10,026 nucleotides of DNA from Ignavibacteriales bacterium (lineage in GTDB: Bacteria > Bacteroidota > Ignavibacteria > UBA10030 > UBA6906): positions 1 to 10,026 of the forward strand of contig JBBIRR010000070.1 of NCBI GenBank assembly GCA_037441705.1. Direction: 5' to 3'. The position numbers and the translations under genes were made by a program. The notes under the pieces were generated by a model that was not told where the DNA came from, searched no databases, and was given only the letters and a program-made list of their open reading frames with translations. Of this stretch, positions 1-8,680 are shown in pieces. Within the stretch, counting starts at the first letter, position 1, and the number at the start of each line of letters is the position of its first letter.

Positions 1-509
1 TGTGGGATACAGGCCGAGTCAAGCCGTTCGAGCCCACGGCGTTCTTCGCCGATGGATCATCGGCTCGACCTGTTCCGGAAGGAACAGTTGCTCGTAGTGA
101 GAGTGTGCGGCCGGATCTGCTGCACACCGGCAGAGTTGATGGCCGGTTGGCCGATCTGTTTCCGTATGCGATTACGGACAGCATCATGCGCCGTGGACGG
201 GATCGGTACACAACCTTCTGCACGCCGTGTCACGGCAGGCTGGGAGATGGTGGGGGAATGATTGTGCAGCGCGGTTTCCCGCGGCCCAACTCGTTTCATA
301 GCGACAGCGTGCGTGCGCGCCCCGCGGGCTATTACTTCGATGTGATCACCAACGGCTTCGGCCGGATGTACAGCTACGCTCCCAGCATTCCTGTGGAAGA
401 CCGCTGGGCGATCGTCGCCTACATCCGCGCGCTCCAACTGAGCCAGCGTGCACCGCTGTCGCAGTTACCGGAGACCGACAGGAATACGATTCTTCAGCAG
501 ACGAAATGA
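1..509 (+). CDS. actE: ACIII monoheme cytochrome c subunit ActE (5'-truncated by the window edge)
   Basis: The frame is open from position 3 (WDTGRVKPFEPTAFFADGSSARPVPEGTVARS...), upstream of the GTG at 105 called by the ORF track, and matches the typical ActE N-terminal FFxDGxxxRxxxxGTVAR pattern. It has one heme motif CTPCH, a likely distal Met in GFGRMYSY and C-terminal DRWAIVAYIRALQ. The stop overlaps the actF start (ATGA). Confidence 0.9.
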   Translation, partial: WDTGRVKPFEPTAFFADGSSARPVPEGTVARSESVRPDLLHTGRVDGRLADLFPYAITDSIMRRGRDRYTTFCTPCHGRLGDGGGMIVQRGFPRPNSFHSDSVRARPAGYYFDVITNGFGRMYSYAPSIPVEDRWAIVAYIRALQLSQRAPLSQLPETDRNTILQQTK

Positions 510-1681
510 ATCATAACGAAACCCTTCTGCCGCAGTTCAACAAAGTCCAGCAGCGCGCGCTCGTCGTTGGTGTTGCCGGTATCGTGTTGCTCGCGGTCGG
601 AGCCATGATATCCCAAGCGGATTTCTTCCAATCCTATCTCTACGGATATGTTTTTTGGATGGGACTGACATTGGGCTGCCTCGGCATTCTGATTCTGCAT
701 CATCTTGTGTCGGGTTCATGGGGACATATCGTCCAGCGGTATCTGGAGTCTGCCGTGAGGACGCTGCCCTACATGGCATTGCTGTTCATTCCCATTCTGG
801 TGGGCATGAGTCAGCTCTATCCGTGGACGAACCACGAACTTGCGGCGGCAAGCCATGCGGTGGAAAAGAAGCTCGGCTATCTGAATGTGCCGTTCTTTCT
901 CTTCCGTCAGCTCGTCTATTTCGGATTCTGGATCTTCGTTGCGATCTGGCTGGCGAGGAAATCGCGCGAACAGGATGACAGCGCCGATCCCCATCTTACC
1001 CGAAAAATGAAAATCTTCAGCGGGCCCTCGATGGTCTTCTTCGTCTTGACCGTCACGCTCGCTTCGGTGGATTGGATGATGTCATTAGAGCCGGAGTGGT
1101 TCTCGACGATGTACGGGGTCGGACGGATTGTGGGAGCGGGGCTGACCGCGCTTGCCTTCTGCATTCTTCTTGTTCGCTTGCTCGCGCAGCATGAACCATT
1201 GGCCGGCATCCTCACCACGCGCCACGTTCATCATCTCGGCAATCTGATGATGGCGTTCACGATCCTGTGGGCATACGTCGCCTTCTCGGAGTTTCTCATC
1301 ATCTGGTCGGGCAACCTGCCGGAAGACAACATGTGGCACCTGCGGAGAATGAATGCCGAGTGGAGCGTGCTCGCAGCCGTTCTCATTGTGGGACATTTCG
1401 CCGTTCCGTTTGCCCTGTTGCTTTCGCGCCAGTTGAAACGGCACATCGAACCCCTTGCGCGCATTGCCGCGTGGGTGTTGGTGATGCGGTTGGTGGATAT
1501 GTACTGGCTGGTGTATCCGGCATTCAACGAGCATCGCTTCCATTTCCACTGGCTCACGATCGTCGCCCCGGTTGCGCTCGGCGGTATCTGGGTCTGGCTG
1601 TTCGTCAATCACCTGAAGACCCAGCCCCTGCTGCCGCTGCACGATCCGCGTTTCCACAAAGGCATGGCGGAGCAACATTGA
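506..1681 (+). CDS. actF: ACIII integral membrane subunit ActF (quinol:cytochrome c oxidoreductase quinone-binding subunit 2, NrfD-like)
   Basis: 391 aa with about 10 hydrophobic segments and family motifs LYPW, DWMMSLEPEWFSTMYG, LWAYVAFSEFLIIWSGNLPE and C-terminal PLLPLHDPR. It lies directly after actE. Confidence 0.92.
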   Translation: MNHNETLLPQFNKVQQRALVVGVAGIVLLAVGAMISQADFFQSYLYGYVFWMGLTLGCLGILILHHLVSGSWGHIVQRYLESAVRTLPYMALLFIPILVGMSQLYPWTNHELAAASHAVEKKLGYLNVPFFLFRQLVYFGFWIFVAIWLARKSREQDDSADPHLTRKMKIFSGPSMVFFVLTVTLASVDWMMSLEPEWFSTMYGVGRIVGAGLTALAFCILLVRLLAQHEPLAGILTTRHVHHLGNLMMAFTILWAYVAFSEFLIIWSGNLPEDNMWHLRRMNAEWSVLAAVLIVGHFAVPFALLLSRQLKRHIEPLARIAAWVLVMRLVDMYWLVYPAFNEHRFHFHWLTIVAPVALGGIWVWLFVNHLKTQPLLPLHDPRFHKGMAEQH

Positions 1682-1683
1682 CC

Positions 1684-2085
1684 ATGGCAGAGCACAAACA
1701 CACAGTAGATCACTCCGTCAAGCGGGGGTTTGAGACGAGCGATGTCAGCGCAAAGACGGTGACGTTGGCGGGACTTGCACTTTCGGCAGGACTGATGATT
1801 GCGGGGATTCTTTTCTCGTGGGCGTTGTACAGCGTGTTCAAGTCGCATGCCCCCGAGCCCGGTGCAGCACCGCGGACGTTCGTTCTGCCCGACACGTCAA
1901 GCTTGCCGCCCGTGCCGCGCCTGCAAGCCGACCCGCACGTTGCGTTGATTCCGTTTATGCGAAAGCAGGACTCCATTCTCTCAAGCTTCGGGTGGGTGAG
2001 TAGGGATTCCGGCATCGCTCACATTCCAATCGAGCGAGCGATGGAGTTGATTGTCGAACGAGGTTTGCCTGTACAAAGCAAGTAG
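1684..2085 (+). CDS. actG: Small single-TM protein, probable ACIII accessory subunit ActG
   Basis: The likely start is ATG 1684, 2 nt after the actF stop (the ORF-track start at 1267 lies inside actF). 133 aa with one TM helix, PPVPRLQ and C-terminal FGWVSRDSGIAHIPIERAMELI, typical of the gene between actF and sco in ACIII-oxidase operons. Confidence 0.72.
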   Translation: MAEHKHTVDHSVKRGFETSDVSAKTVTLAGLALSAGLMIAGILFSWALYSVFKSHAPEPGAAPRTFVLPDTSSLPPVPRLQADPHVALIPFMRKQDSILSSFGWVSRDSGIAHIPIERAMELIVERGLPVQSK

Positions 2086-2090
2086 GAGCG

Positions 2091-2122
2091 GATTGATGGA
2101 TAAATGGATTGATAGATTGATG
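2091..2122 (+). repeat. Four imperfect tandem 8-mers (GATTGATG GATAAATG GATTGATA GATTGATG)
   Basis: Read directly from the sequence at the actG-sco junction. Confidence 0.7.
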
Positions 2123-2992
2123 GAAAACGGGCGGTCAGTCCGGTTCTGCGGACTTCGGTTGATGAGGATGTACGTCATACTCCTCGGCGCGATGCTTGCG
2201 GTTTCTTCGGCGTCTGCGCAGATGATGGACCCAACGAAGGCCGCAGCCCGCGCGTTCACGGAAGTCGGCATCGAGCAGAAACTGAACGGGCAAGTTCCTC
2301 TCGATCTGAAGTTCACCGACGAGCAAGGAAACGTTGTCGAGCTTGGTACATACTTCCACACCAAGCCCGTCATTATCTCGCTTGTCTACTATCGCTGCCC
2401 GATGTTGTGCACGCAAGTGCTCAACGGTATGGTGCAGACGTTCAGGACGCTCAAGTTTACTGCGGGCAAGGAGTTTGAAGTGGTCACGGTGAGCATTGAC
2501 CATCACGAGACGCATGAGATGGCGGCGGAGAAGAAAGACACGTACGTCACCGAGTATGATCGCGCCGGCGTTGCCGACGGCTGGCATTTCCTGGTGGGCG
2601 ATTCTCTTTCGGTGAAGAGGCTTGCCGACGCCGTGGGATTCAAATTCGTGTACGACGTTCCGACGAAACAGTTTGCGCACGCAAGCGGCATCATGATTGC
2701 AACGCCGCAGGGCAAACTTGCCCGCTATCTGTACGGCATTGAATATGGGGCGAAGGATGTAACGTTTTCGCTGATGGAGGCGGCACAGGAGAAAATCGGC
2801 TCGCCGGTGGACAAGCTCTTGCTGCTCTGCTACCACTACGATCCGACGACAGGCAAGTACGGCATGGTGGTGGCGAATCTGCTGCGTGCCGGCGGCGCAT
2901 TGACGCTGTTGATCGTCGGCGGTTACATGCTGTACCACTTCCGGCGAGATCGGAAGAAAGCTGCGATGCTCTCGCAAGCACAATTGAACTAA
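2096..2992 (+). CDS. SCO1/SenC family copper chaperone for cytochrome c oxidase assembly
   Basis: Copper motif CPMLC (CxxxC), conserved His in FAHASG, a signal peptide ending ASA|Q, and C-terminal CYHYDP plus a TM anchor. The start is uncertain: ATG 2096 has AGGAG 7 nt upstream, while ATG 2162/2168 gives a more classical signal peptide. Confidence 0.92.
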   Translation: MDKWIDRLMENGRSVRFCGLRLMRMYVILLGAMLAVSSASAQMMDPTKAAARAFTEVGIEQKLNGQVPLDLKFTDEQGNVVELGTYFHTKPVIISLVYYRCPMLCTQVLNGMVQTFRTLKFTAGKEFEVVTVSIDHHETHEMAAEKKDTYVTEYDRAGVADGWHFLVGDSLSVKRLADAVGFKFVYDVPTKQFAHASGIMIATPQGKLARYLYGIEYGAKDVTFSLMEAAQEKIGSPVDKLLLLCYHYDPTTGKYGMVVANLLRAGGALTLLIVGGYMLYHFRRDRKKAAMLSQAQLN

Positions 2993-3242
2993 AATTCCAA
3001 TAATCAAGCTCCAAGTTCCAAAGAAGCTCCAGTGTTCAAGCACCAAATGTCAAACAAGCACCAAATTGCAAACAAGCTCAAAGTTCCAAAAGGGCAAACA
3101 TCCTCCAGCAGGTTTGTTTGGAACTTGACATTTGGATTTTGAATGTGTTTGAAACTTGGCATTTGGAATTTGAGTCTTGTTTGGACTTTGGGATTTGAGA
3201 TTTGAATTTTGTTTGGAGCTTGTCTTTTGAGATCTGGAGCTT
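2992..3242. repeat. Intergenic inverted array of heptad-based repeats (18-bp units left, 32-bp units right)
   Basis: Left units: CAAGCTCCAAGTTCCAAA (3005-3022), CAAGCACCAAATGTCAAA (3037-3054), CAAGCACCAAATTGCAAA (3055-3072), CAAGCTCAAAGTTCCAAA (3073-3090). Right units start with GTTTG at 3116, 3147, 3179 and 3211. Several exact 9-11 nt reverse-complement matches link the arms. Confidence 0.88.
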
Positions 3243-3269
3243 AACCTGGATTGTCAATCAAAATAGCCC

Positions 3270-4211
3270 ATGTGGAGTTTTCCGTTATTACCTGAAAGCG
3301 CTTCGACGATTGCCGACAAGATAGACGCGCTGTTCTACTTTCTTGTTGCCGTCAGTTTGTTCTTCAGTTTGGTTATCACCATCGGGTTGGCCTTCTCGGC
3401 GGCGCGGTACCGCAAAGGCTCGCCCGCGTCGCGCAAGGGCGCGCTCAACGACTATCTGCCGTTGGAGCTGGCCTGGTCGCTCATTCCGTTGACCATTGCT
3501 CTGTTCATCTTCGGCTGGTCGGCGAAGCTGTACCTCGATATGCGCGTCCCTCCGGCAAACGCCATGGAAGTGTACGTCGTCGGCAAGCAGTGGATGTGGA
3601 AGATTCAACATCCCGAAGGTAATCGCGAGATCAACGAACTGCATATCCCGGTGGGCCGACCCATCAAACTGATCATGACGTCGCAGGACGTCATTCACAG
3701 CTTCTACATTCCTGCTTTTCGGGTCAAGCAGGATGTGCTTCCCGGCAGGTACACCACGCAGTGGTTCGAGGCAACGAAGCCCGGCGAGTATCATCTCTTC
3801 TGTGCTGAGTACTGCGGCACATCGCATTCGGGAATGATCGGGAAGGTGATTGCCATGGAGCCGGCCGAGTATGAGCAATGGCTGATGGGGACGAGCCGGA
3901 CCGGAGTCGCGATGGCGTCGTCGGGCGCGGAGTTATTTGACCGCTACGGCTGCAGAACGTGTCACCGGCAAGACACCGGCCCGCGCGGCCCGGCACTCGA
4001 CGGTCTCTGGGGCAAGGCGGTGAAACTCGCTACCGGGCAGACGGTCATCGCCGATCAGGAGTACATTCGGGAGTCGATACTCAATCCTGCGGCCAAGACC
4101 GTTGCGGGCTATCAGCAACTCATGCCCAGCTATCGCAACCAGCTCACGCATGAGCAAGTCAACCAGTTGATCGAATACATCCGGACACTCCCGCCGGTAC
4201 GAGGACAGTAA
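3270..4211 (+). CDS. coxB: Cytochrome c oxidase subunit II with C-terminal cytochrome c domain (caa3-type)
   Basis: Two N-terminal TM helices, GKQWMW, DVIHSF, CuA motif [12 protein letters not shown], then a heme c motif CRTCH with a likely distal Met in LMPSY. Confidence 0.96.
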   Translation: MWSFPLLPESASTIADKIDALFYFLVAVSLFFSLVITIGLAFSAARYRKGSPASRKGALNDYLPLELAWSLIPLTIALFIFGWSAKLYLDMRVPPANAMEVYVVGKQWMWKIQHPEGNREINELHIPVGRPIKLIMTSQDVIHSFYIPAFRVKQDVLPGRYTTQWFEATKPGEYHLFCAEYCGTSHSGMIGKVIAMEPAEYEQWLMGTSRTGVAMASSGAELFDRYGCRTCHRQDTGPRGPALDGLWGKAVKLATGQTVIADQEYIRESILNPAAKTVAGYQQLMPSYRNQLTHEQVNQLIEYIRTLPPVRGQ

Positions 4212-4224
4212 GAGGAACGCATCC

Positions 4225-5853
4225 ATGGGCAAGACCGAACATCACGCGGTAGTTGACGTCGAGAACGATTACATCCACGCAGGGTACGGCCTCAAATCGT
4301 GGCTGCTGACGGTTGATCACAAGCGCATCGCCATTCTCTATCTCATCTCCATCACTCTCTTCTTTTTTGTTGGCGGATTCTTCGCATTCCTGTTGCGACT
4401 GGAGTTGATGACGCCGCAAGGAGATATCGTCTCGGCGGAAACATACAACAAACTCTTCACGATGCACGGCGTGGTGATGATCTTTTTCTTTCTCATCCCC
4501 TCCATTCCTGCCGTGCTCGGCAACTTTCTCGTTCCTCTGATGATCGGGGCGAAGGACCTTGCCTTTCCGAAGCTGAACCTGCTTAGCTGGTATGTGTACA
4601 ATCTTGGCGGCATCTTTGCCCTCTACGCCCTCGTCAACGGCGGCGTGGATACGGGCTGGACATTCTACACGCCGTACAGTTCCACCTACTCGCTCTCGAA
4701 CGTCGTCCCTGTCGTTATCGGCGCATTCATCCTCGGCTTTTCCTCGATCCTCACGGCGGTGAATTTCATCGCGACGATTCACAAGATGCGCGCGCCGGGC
4801 TTGACGTGGTTCAAGCTGCCCCTGTTCATCTGGGCAAGCTACGCTACCAGCATTATTACGATTCTCGGAACGCCGGTGATTGCGATTACGCTGTGCCTCT
4901 TGCTGTTCGAGCGCCTGATGGGCGTCGGCATCTTCGATCCGGCGTTGGGCGGCGACCCGATTCTCTTCCAGCATTTGTTCTGGTTCTATTCCCATCCGGC
5001 AGTGTACATCATGATTATTCCCTCGATGGGGGTGGTGAGTGAAGTCGTGACCTGTTTTGCGCGGAAGAAAATCTTCGGTTACAAGTTCATGGCGTTTGCC
5101 ATCATGGCCATCGCGATCTTCGGCTTCCTCGTCTGGGGACACCACATGTTCGTCAGCGGACAGTCGGTGTATGCCGGGTACGTCTTTTCCGCGCTTAGCT
5201 TTATGGTCGCCATTCCTTCTGCGATCAAGGTCTTTAACTGGACGGCAACCCTCTACAAAGGCAACATCGAATTCCGCACGCCCATTCTATACGCCTTCGG
5301 GTTTATCGGCTTGTTCACGATTGGCGGATTGACGGGACTCTTCCTTGCTTCGCTCGCAACGGATGTGCATCTTACCGATACATACTTTGTCGTCGCGCAT
5401 TTCCACTACATCATGGTCGGCGGCGCGGTGATGGGCTATCTCGCGGGTATTCACTACTGGTGGCCGAAGATGACCGGGCGTATGTACAACGAGGCGTGGG
5501 CGAAATTCTCCGCGCTGATTCTCTTCGTCGGTTTCAATCTGACGTTCTTTCCGCAGTTTGTTCTGGGCTATCTCGGGATGCCGCGACGCTACTACATCTA
5601 CCCGGATGAGTTTCAGGTGCTGAATGTTCTTTCAACGGCAGGCTCGACCATCCTCGGTCTCGGCTACATCATTCCCATGGTGTATCTGCTGTGGTCCTTG
5701 CGGAAAGAGAAGAACGTGGGCGCTAATCCCTGGGGTGCGACAGGTCTGGAGTGGACAACCCAATCTCCCCCCACAACACACAATTTCGAGAAGATTCCGG
5801 TGGTGACAAGCGAGCCTTATGTCTATCATCAGGAGGTCAAGAGTGGCGCATAA
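4225..5853 (+). CDS. ctaD: Cytochrome c oxidase subunit I, heme-copper oxidase type A2
   Basis: 542 aa with TVDHKRI (D-channel Asp), [21 protein letters not shown] (YS motif of A2 enzymes), WGHHMF, AIKVFNW (K-channel Lys), HFHY and GMPRRY. RBS GAGGA upstream. Confidence 0.97.
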   Translation: MGKTEHHAVVDVENDYIHAGYGLKSWLLTVDHKRIAILYLISITLFFFVGGFFAFLLRLELMTPQGDIVSAETYNKLFTMHGVVMIFFFLIPSIPAVLGNFLVPLMIGAKDLAFPKLNLLSWYVYNLGGIFALYALVNGGVDTGWTFYTPYSSTYSLSNVVPVVIGAFILGFSSILTAVNFIATIHKMRAPGLTWFKLPLFIWASYATSIITILGTPVIAITLCLLLFERLMGVGIFDPALGGDPILFQHLFWFYSHPAVYIMIIPSMGVVSEVVTCFARKKIFGYKFMAFAIMAIAIFGFLVWGHHMFVSGQSVYAGYVFSALSFMVAIPSAIKVFNWTATLYKGNIEFRTPILYAFGFIGLFTIGGLTGLFLASLATDVHLTDTYFVVAHFHYIMVGGAVMGYLAGIHYWWPKMTGRMYNEAWAKFSALILFVGFNLTFFPQFVLGYLGMPRRYYIYPDEFQVLNVLSTAGSTILGLGYIIPMVYLLWSLRKEKNVGANPWGATGLEWTTQSPPTTHNFEKIPVVTSEPYVYHQEVKSGA

Positions 5854-6496
5854 TCCGGAGAGCTCAGCGGCGCACGCACATCACTTCGTGGACATGGAGC
5901 AGCAGCGTGAGACCAGCACGCTGGGCATGTGGGCGTTTCTGGTTACGGAAATCATGTTCTTCGGAGGATTGTTCGTCAGCTACGCGTTGTATCGCTCGAT
6001 GTATCCCGAGGCATTCGGTGCGGCCAGTCTTCGCCTCAATCTCGTGCTCGGGGCGATCAACACGGGCGTGCTCATTTGCAGCAGTCTCACGATGGTGCTG
6101 GCGGTACGCAGCGCGCAGCTCGGGCATGTGAAGGCACTTGTTCGTTACCTCCTTGCCACGATTGTTCTCGGCTCGACCTTCCTTGTCATCAAGGCGTTTG
6201 AGTATACGCACAAGTTTCATGAACATCTGATTCCGGGGGCGTCGTTCCGGTTCGGCGGTCCGCATGAACAGCATGCCGAAATTTTCTTCTCACTTTACTT
6301 CATGATGACCGGCCTGCATGCATTGCACATGATCATCGGCATCGGTGTGCTGCTCGTTCTGCTCTATCAGTCGTGGAAGGGACGCTTCTCCGCCGAGTAC
6401 TACTCGCCCATTGATGTTGCCGGCCTGTACTGGCACTTTGTGGATATAGTTTGGATTTATCTCTTTCCACTGTTGTATCTCATTAGCAGGGATTGA
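5843..6496 (+). CDS. ctaE: Cytochrome c oxidase subunit III
   Basis: Motifs [26 protein letters not shown] and [11 protein letters not shown]. The start is reassigned to GTG 5843 because AGGAGG lies at 5831-5836; it overlaps the end of ctaD. Confidence 0.95.
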   Translation: MAHNPESSAAHAHHFVDMEQQRETSTLGMWAFLVTEIMFFGGLFVSYALYRSMYPEAFGAASLRLNLVLGAINTGVLICSSLTMVLAVRSAQLGHVKALVRYLLATIVLGSTFLVIKAFEYTHKFHEHLIPGASFRFGGPHEQHAEIFFSLYFMMTGLHALHMIIGIGVLLVLLYQSWKGRFSAEYYSPIDVAGLYWHFVDIVWIYLFPLLYLISRD

Positions 6497-6499
6497 AGC

Positions 6500-6775
6500 A
6501 TGTCGCATGTCGTCATTCCACAACGGGTGTATTATCTCGTCTTCGTGACGCTCATCCTTCTCACGCTCGTCACGGTTGACGTTGCCTTCTACAACTTCGG
6601 GTTCCTCAACATTTCCATTGCCATGGCGATTGCCACAGTCAAGGCAACGATTGTTGCGATGTACTTCATGCATCTTCGCTACAACCCGAAACTCACCTGG
6701 CTTTTTGCCGGCGCGGGACTCCTCTGGCTCTTCATCATGTTCGTGCTGACGATTGCCGACTATGTGACGCGATGA
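6500..6775 (+). CDS. ctaF: Cytochrome c oxidase subunit IV family protein
   Basis: 91 aa with three TM helices, L..LT..TV and IATVKATIVAMYFMHL; it follows subunit III. Confidence 0.92.
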   Translation: MSHVVIPQRVYYLVFVTLILLTLVTVDVAFYNFGFLNISIAMAIATVKATIVAMYFMHLRYNPKLTWLFAGAGLLWLFIMFVLTIADYVTR

Positions 6776-6866
6776 TCAATGTCGGCTCATCGCTGCTTGG
6801 ATCAGCTCCCGTAAGGTGAGCGTAGAACCTTGAACCGAGAATGTGACACAACGATGAGGTGGTGCT

Positions 6867-7655
6867 ATGAAGCGACTCATGGTGGTAGGGTTGGGACTCA
6901 CTGCACTGACGGGCTGCCTGAAACAGGAACCGCCTCTTGCCGAACGCACAATCATTGATCTCACCTACGCGTTCGACAGCACGACGATCTACTGGCCCAC
7001 CGAAAAAGGATTCGAGTTCATCAAGGGATTCGAGGGCGTAACGCCCGCCGGATTCTTTTACTCATCCAACAGTTTCGCCGCGCCCGAGCATGGCGGCACA
7101 CACATCGACGCGCCGATTCACTTTGCCCAAGGAAAGCACACCGTGGACGCGATTCCCGTCCAACAGCTTGTCGGGCCGGGCGTAACCATCGACGTGACGA
7201 AGAAATGCGCGGACAACCGCGACTATCAGGTCCAGATCGAAGACTTCGTGGAATGGGAGAGGCGACACGGCGAACTGCCGAAAGGCTGCATTGTGCTGCT
7301 GCGGACGGGCTTCGGGAAGTACTGGCCCCATCGCGTACAGTACATGGGCACCGACGAGCGAGGCCAGCAAGCGGTCGCCAAGCTTCATTTCCCCGGCTTG
7401 CATCCCGAAACCGCGAAGTGGTTGGTCAACAGTCGAGCGATCAAAGCCATCGGACTTGACACGCCGAGTATAGACTACGGGCAATCAACGCGGTTCGAAA
7501 GCCATGTCACGCTTTTTGCCGCTAACATCCCGGCCTTTGAAAATGTCGCCAACCTGGACCTCCTTCCGGACAAAGGGTTTACGGTTATCGCCCTTCCGAT
7601 GAAAATCAAAGGCGGAAGCGGCGGACCGCTGCGCGCGATCGCGATGATCGAATGA
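6867..7655 (+). CDS. Cyclase-family (kynurenine formamidase-like) metal-dependent hydrolase, predicted lipoprotein
   Basis: Signature EHGGTHIDAPIHF (HxGTHxDxPxH), plus LLRTG, HFPGL, GLDTPSID, ENV and PMKIKGGSGGPLR. N-terminal MKR, hydrophobic core and lipobox LTG|C. RBS GAGGT at 6856-6860. Confidence 0.9.
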   Translation: MKRLMVVGLGLTALTGCLKQEPPLAERTIIDLTYAFDSTTIYWPTEKGFEFIKGFEGVTPAGFFYSSNSFAAPEHGGTHIDAPIHFAQGKHTVDAIPVQQLVGPGVTIDVTKKCADNRDYQVQIEDFVEWERRHGELPKGCIVLLRTGFGKYWPHRVQYMGTDERGQQAVAKLHFPGLHPETAKWLVNSRAIKAIGLDTPSIDYGQSTRFESHVTLFAANIPAFENVANLDLLPDKGFTVIALPMKIKGGSGGPLRAIAMIE

Positions 7656-7735
7656 AGTAGGAGAGCGGCCGGCTCGGCAACTTTCGGTCTGTCTCCGTAT
7701 CTTACCTGCCAGAAGAGAGAATTGCCGGTCATCGC

Positions 7736-8680
7736 ATGACGAGTCCCGCGAAACATCAATCCGCGTACGTCGAGCGGCTACCACCTCGCACGCTGTTTGA
7801 GCGAGCAGATGCACTTCTTGCGCTGATGAAGGAATGCCGCATCTGTCCCCGCGAGTGCGGCGCCCGCCGTTTGGAAGGACGATACGGTGTGTGCCATGCA
7901 ACCGACCAGGTGTTCATCTCCGGTGCATCCCCTCATTTTGGAGAGGAGCCGGTCTTGGTGGGGAGACACGGATCCGGCACGATCTTTTTCTCCTCCTGCA
8001 ACCTCAAGTGTTTGTTCTGCCAGAACTACGACATCAGCCATCTGCGCTCGGGGCAGCCCGTCACGACCGATGAGCTTGCGGCGCTGATGCTTTCGCTTCA
8101 AGCCATGGGCTGCCACAACATCAATCTCGTCACCCCGACGCACTTCACAGCGCAGATCGTTCAAGCTTTGGCCCGTGCAACGGAGCGAGGGCTGCATATC
8201 CCAATTGTGTACAACTGCGGCGGCTACGAGTCGGTCGAGACGCTCGCGCTGCTCGACGGCATCGTTGACATCTACATGCCGGACATCAAGTACTCAGACA
8301 ATCGGATGGCGAAGAAGTGGTCCGGCGTGTCGGATTATTGGGATGTTGTGCGCCTGGCAGTCAAGGAGATGCACCGGCAGGTGGGCGACTTGCGCACCGA
8401 CGGGTTGGGCATCGCCCGGCGGGGATTGTTAGTCCGCCATCTCGTCTTGCCCAACAACATTGCCGGTTCGGAAGCTGTGCTCGAGTTTGTCGCGCGACAG
8501 CTTTCGGCTGAAACATACATCAACATTATGGATCAGTATCATCCGGCCTTCAAAGCCAGGAACCTTCCGCCGCTCAACCGTCGGATGCGTTTGGACGAGT
8601 ACGATCGCGTTGTTGGGTACGCACGGGCGCTGGGTCTGCATCGCGGCTTTGGTCATGAACAAGCCGGCGTTTGGTGTTAA
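7736..8680 (+). CDS. pflX: PflX-like radical SAM protein (putative pyruvate formate-lyase activating enzyme family)
   Basis: N-terminal CRICPREC, HFGEEP...GSGTIFF, radical SAM motif CNLKCLFCQNYDIS, GCHNINLVTPTH, DIYMPDIKY, RHLVLP and NIMDQYHP. Confidence 0.9.
   Translation: MTSPAKHQSAYVERLPPRTLFERADALLALMKECRICPRECGARRLEGRYGVCHATDQVFISGASPHFGEEPVLVGRHGSGTIFFSSCNLKCLFCQNYDISHLRSGQPVTTDELAALMLSLQAMGCHNINLVTPTHFTAQIVQALARATERGLHIPIVYNCGGYESVETLALLDGIVDIYMPDIKYSDNRMAKKWSGVSDYWDVVRLAVKEMHRQVGDLRTDGLGIARRGLLVRHLVLPNNIAGSEAVLEFVARQLSAETYINIMDQYHPAFKARNLPPLNRRMRLDEYDRVVGYARALGLHRGFGHEQAGVWC

Noticed and set aside
1267-1683. N-terminal extension of the 272 aa ORF 1267..2085
   Set aside because: It overlaps actF out of frame; the protein-like sequence starts at ATG 1684.
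3125-3153. TTGACA as a sigma70 -35 box for coxB
   Set aside because: There is no credible -10 hexamer at 16-18 bp spacing, and the hexamer is part of the repeat unit.
3005-3242. CRISPR array
   Set aside because: The units are contiguous and degenerate, with no unique spacers between identical repeats and no cas genes in the window.
3247-3261. FNR-like box TGGAT-N5-ATCAA and small palindrome GATTG-T-CAATC upstream of coxB
   Set aside because: FNR needs TTGAT-N4-ATCAA; the spacing and one base are wrong, and the palindrome is too short to support a call.
2135-5145. Long antisense ORFs 2135..3046, 3288..3878 and 4159..5145
   Set aside because: These are shadow ORFs opposite sco, coxB and ctaD, expected from codon bias in GC-rich genes.
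7675-7727. Imperfect inverted repeat CGGCAACTTTC / GAGAATTGCCG and TATCTT before pflX
   Set aside because: The pairing is weak with no U-tract or recognisable -35, which is not enough to call a terminator or promoter.
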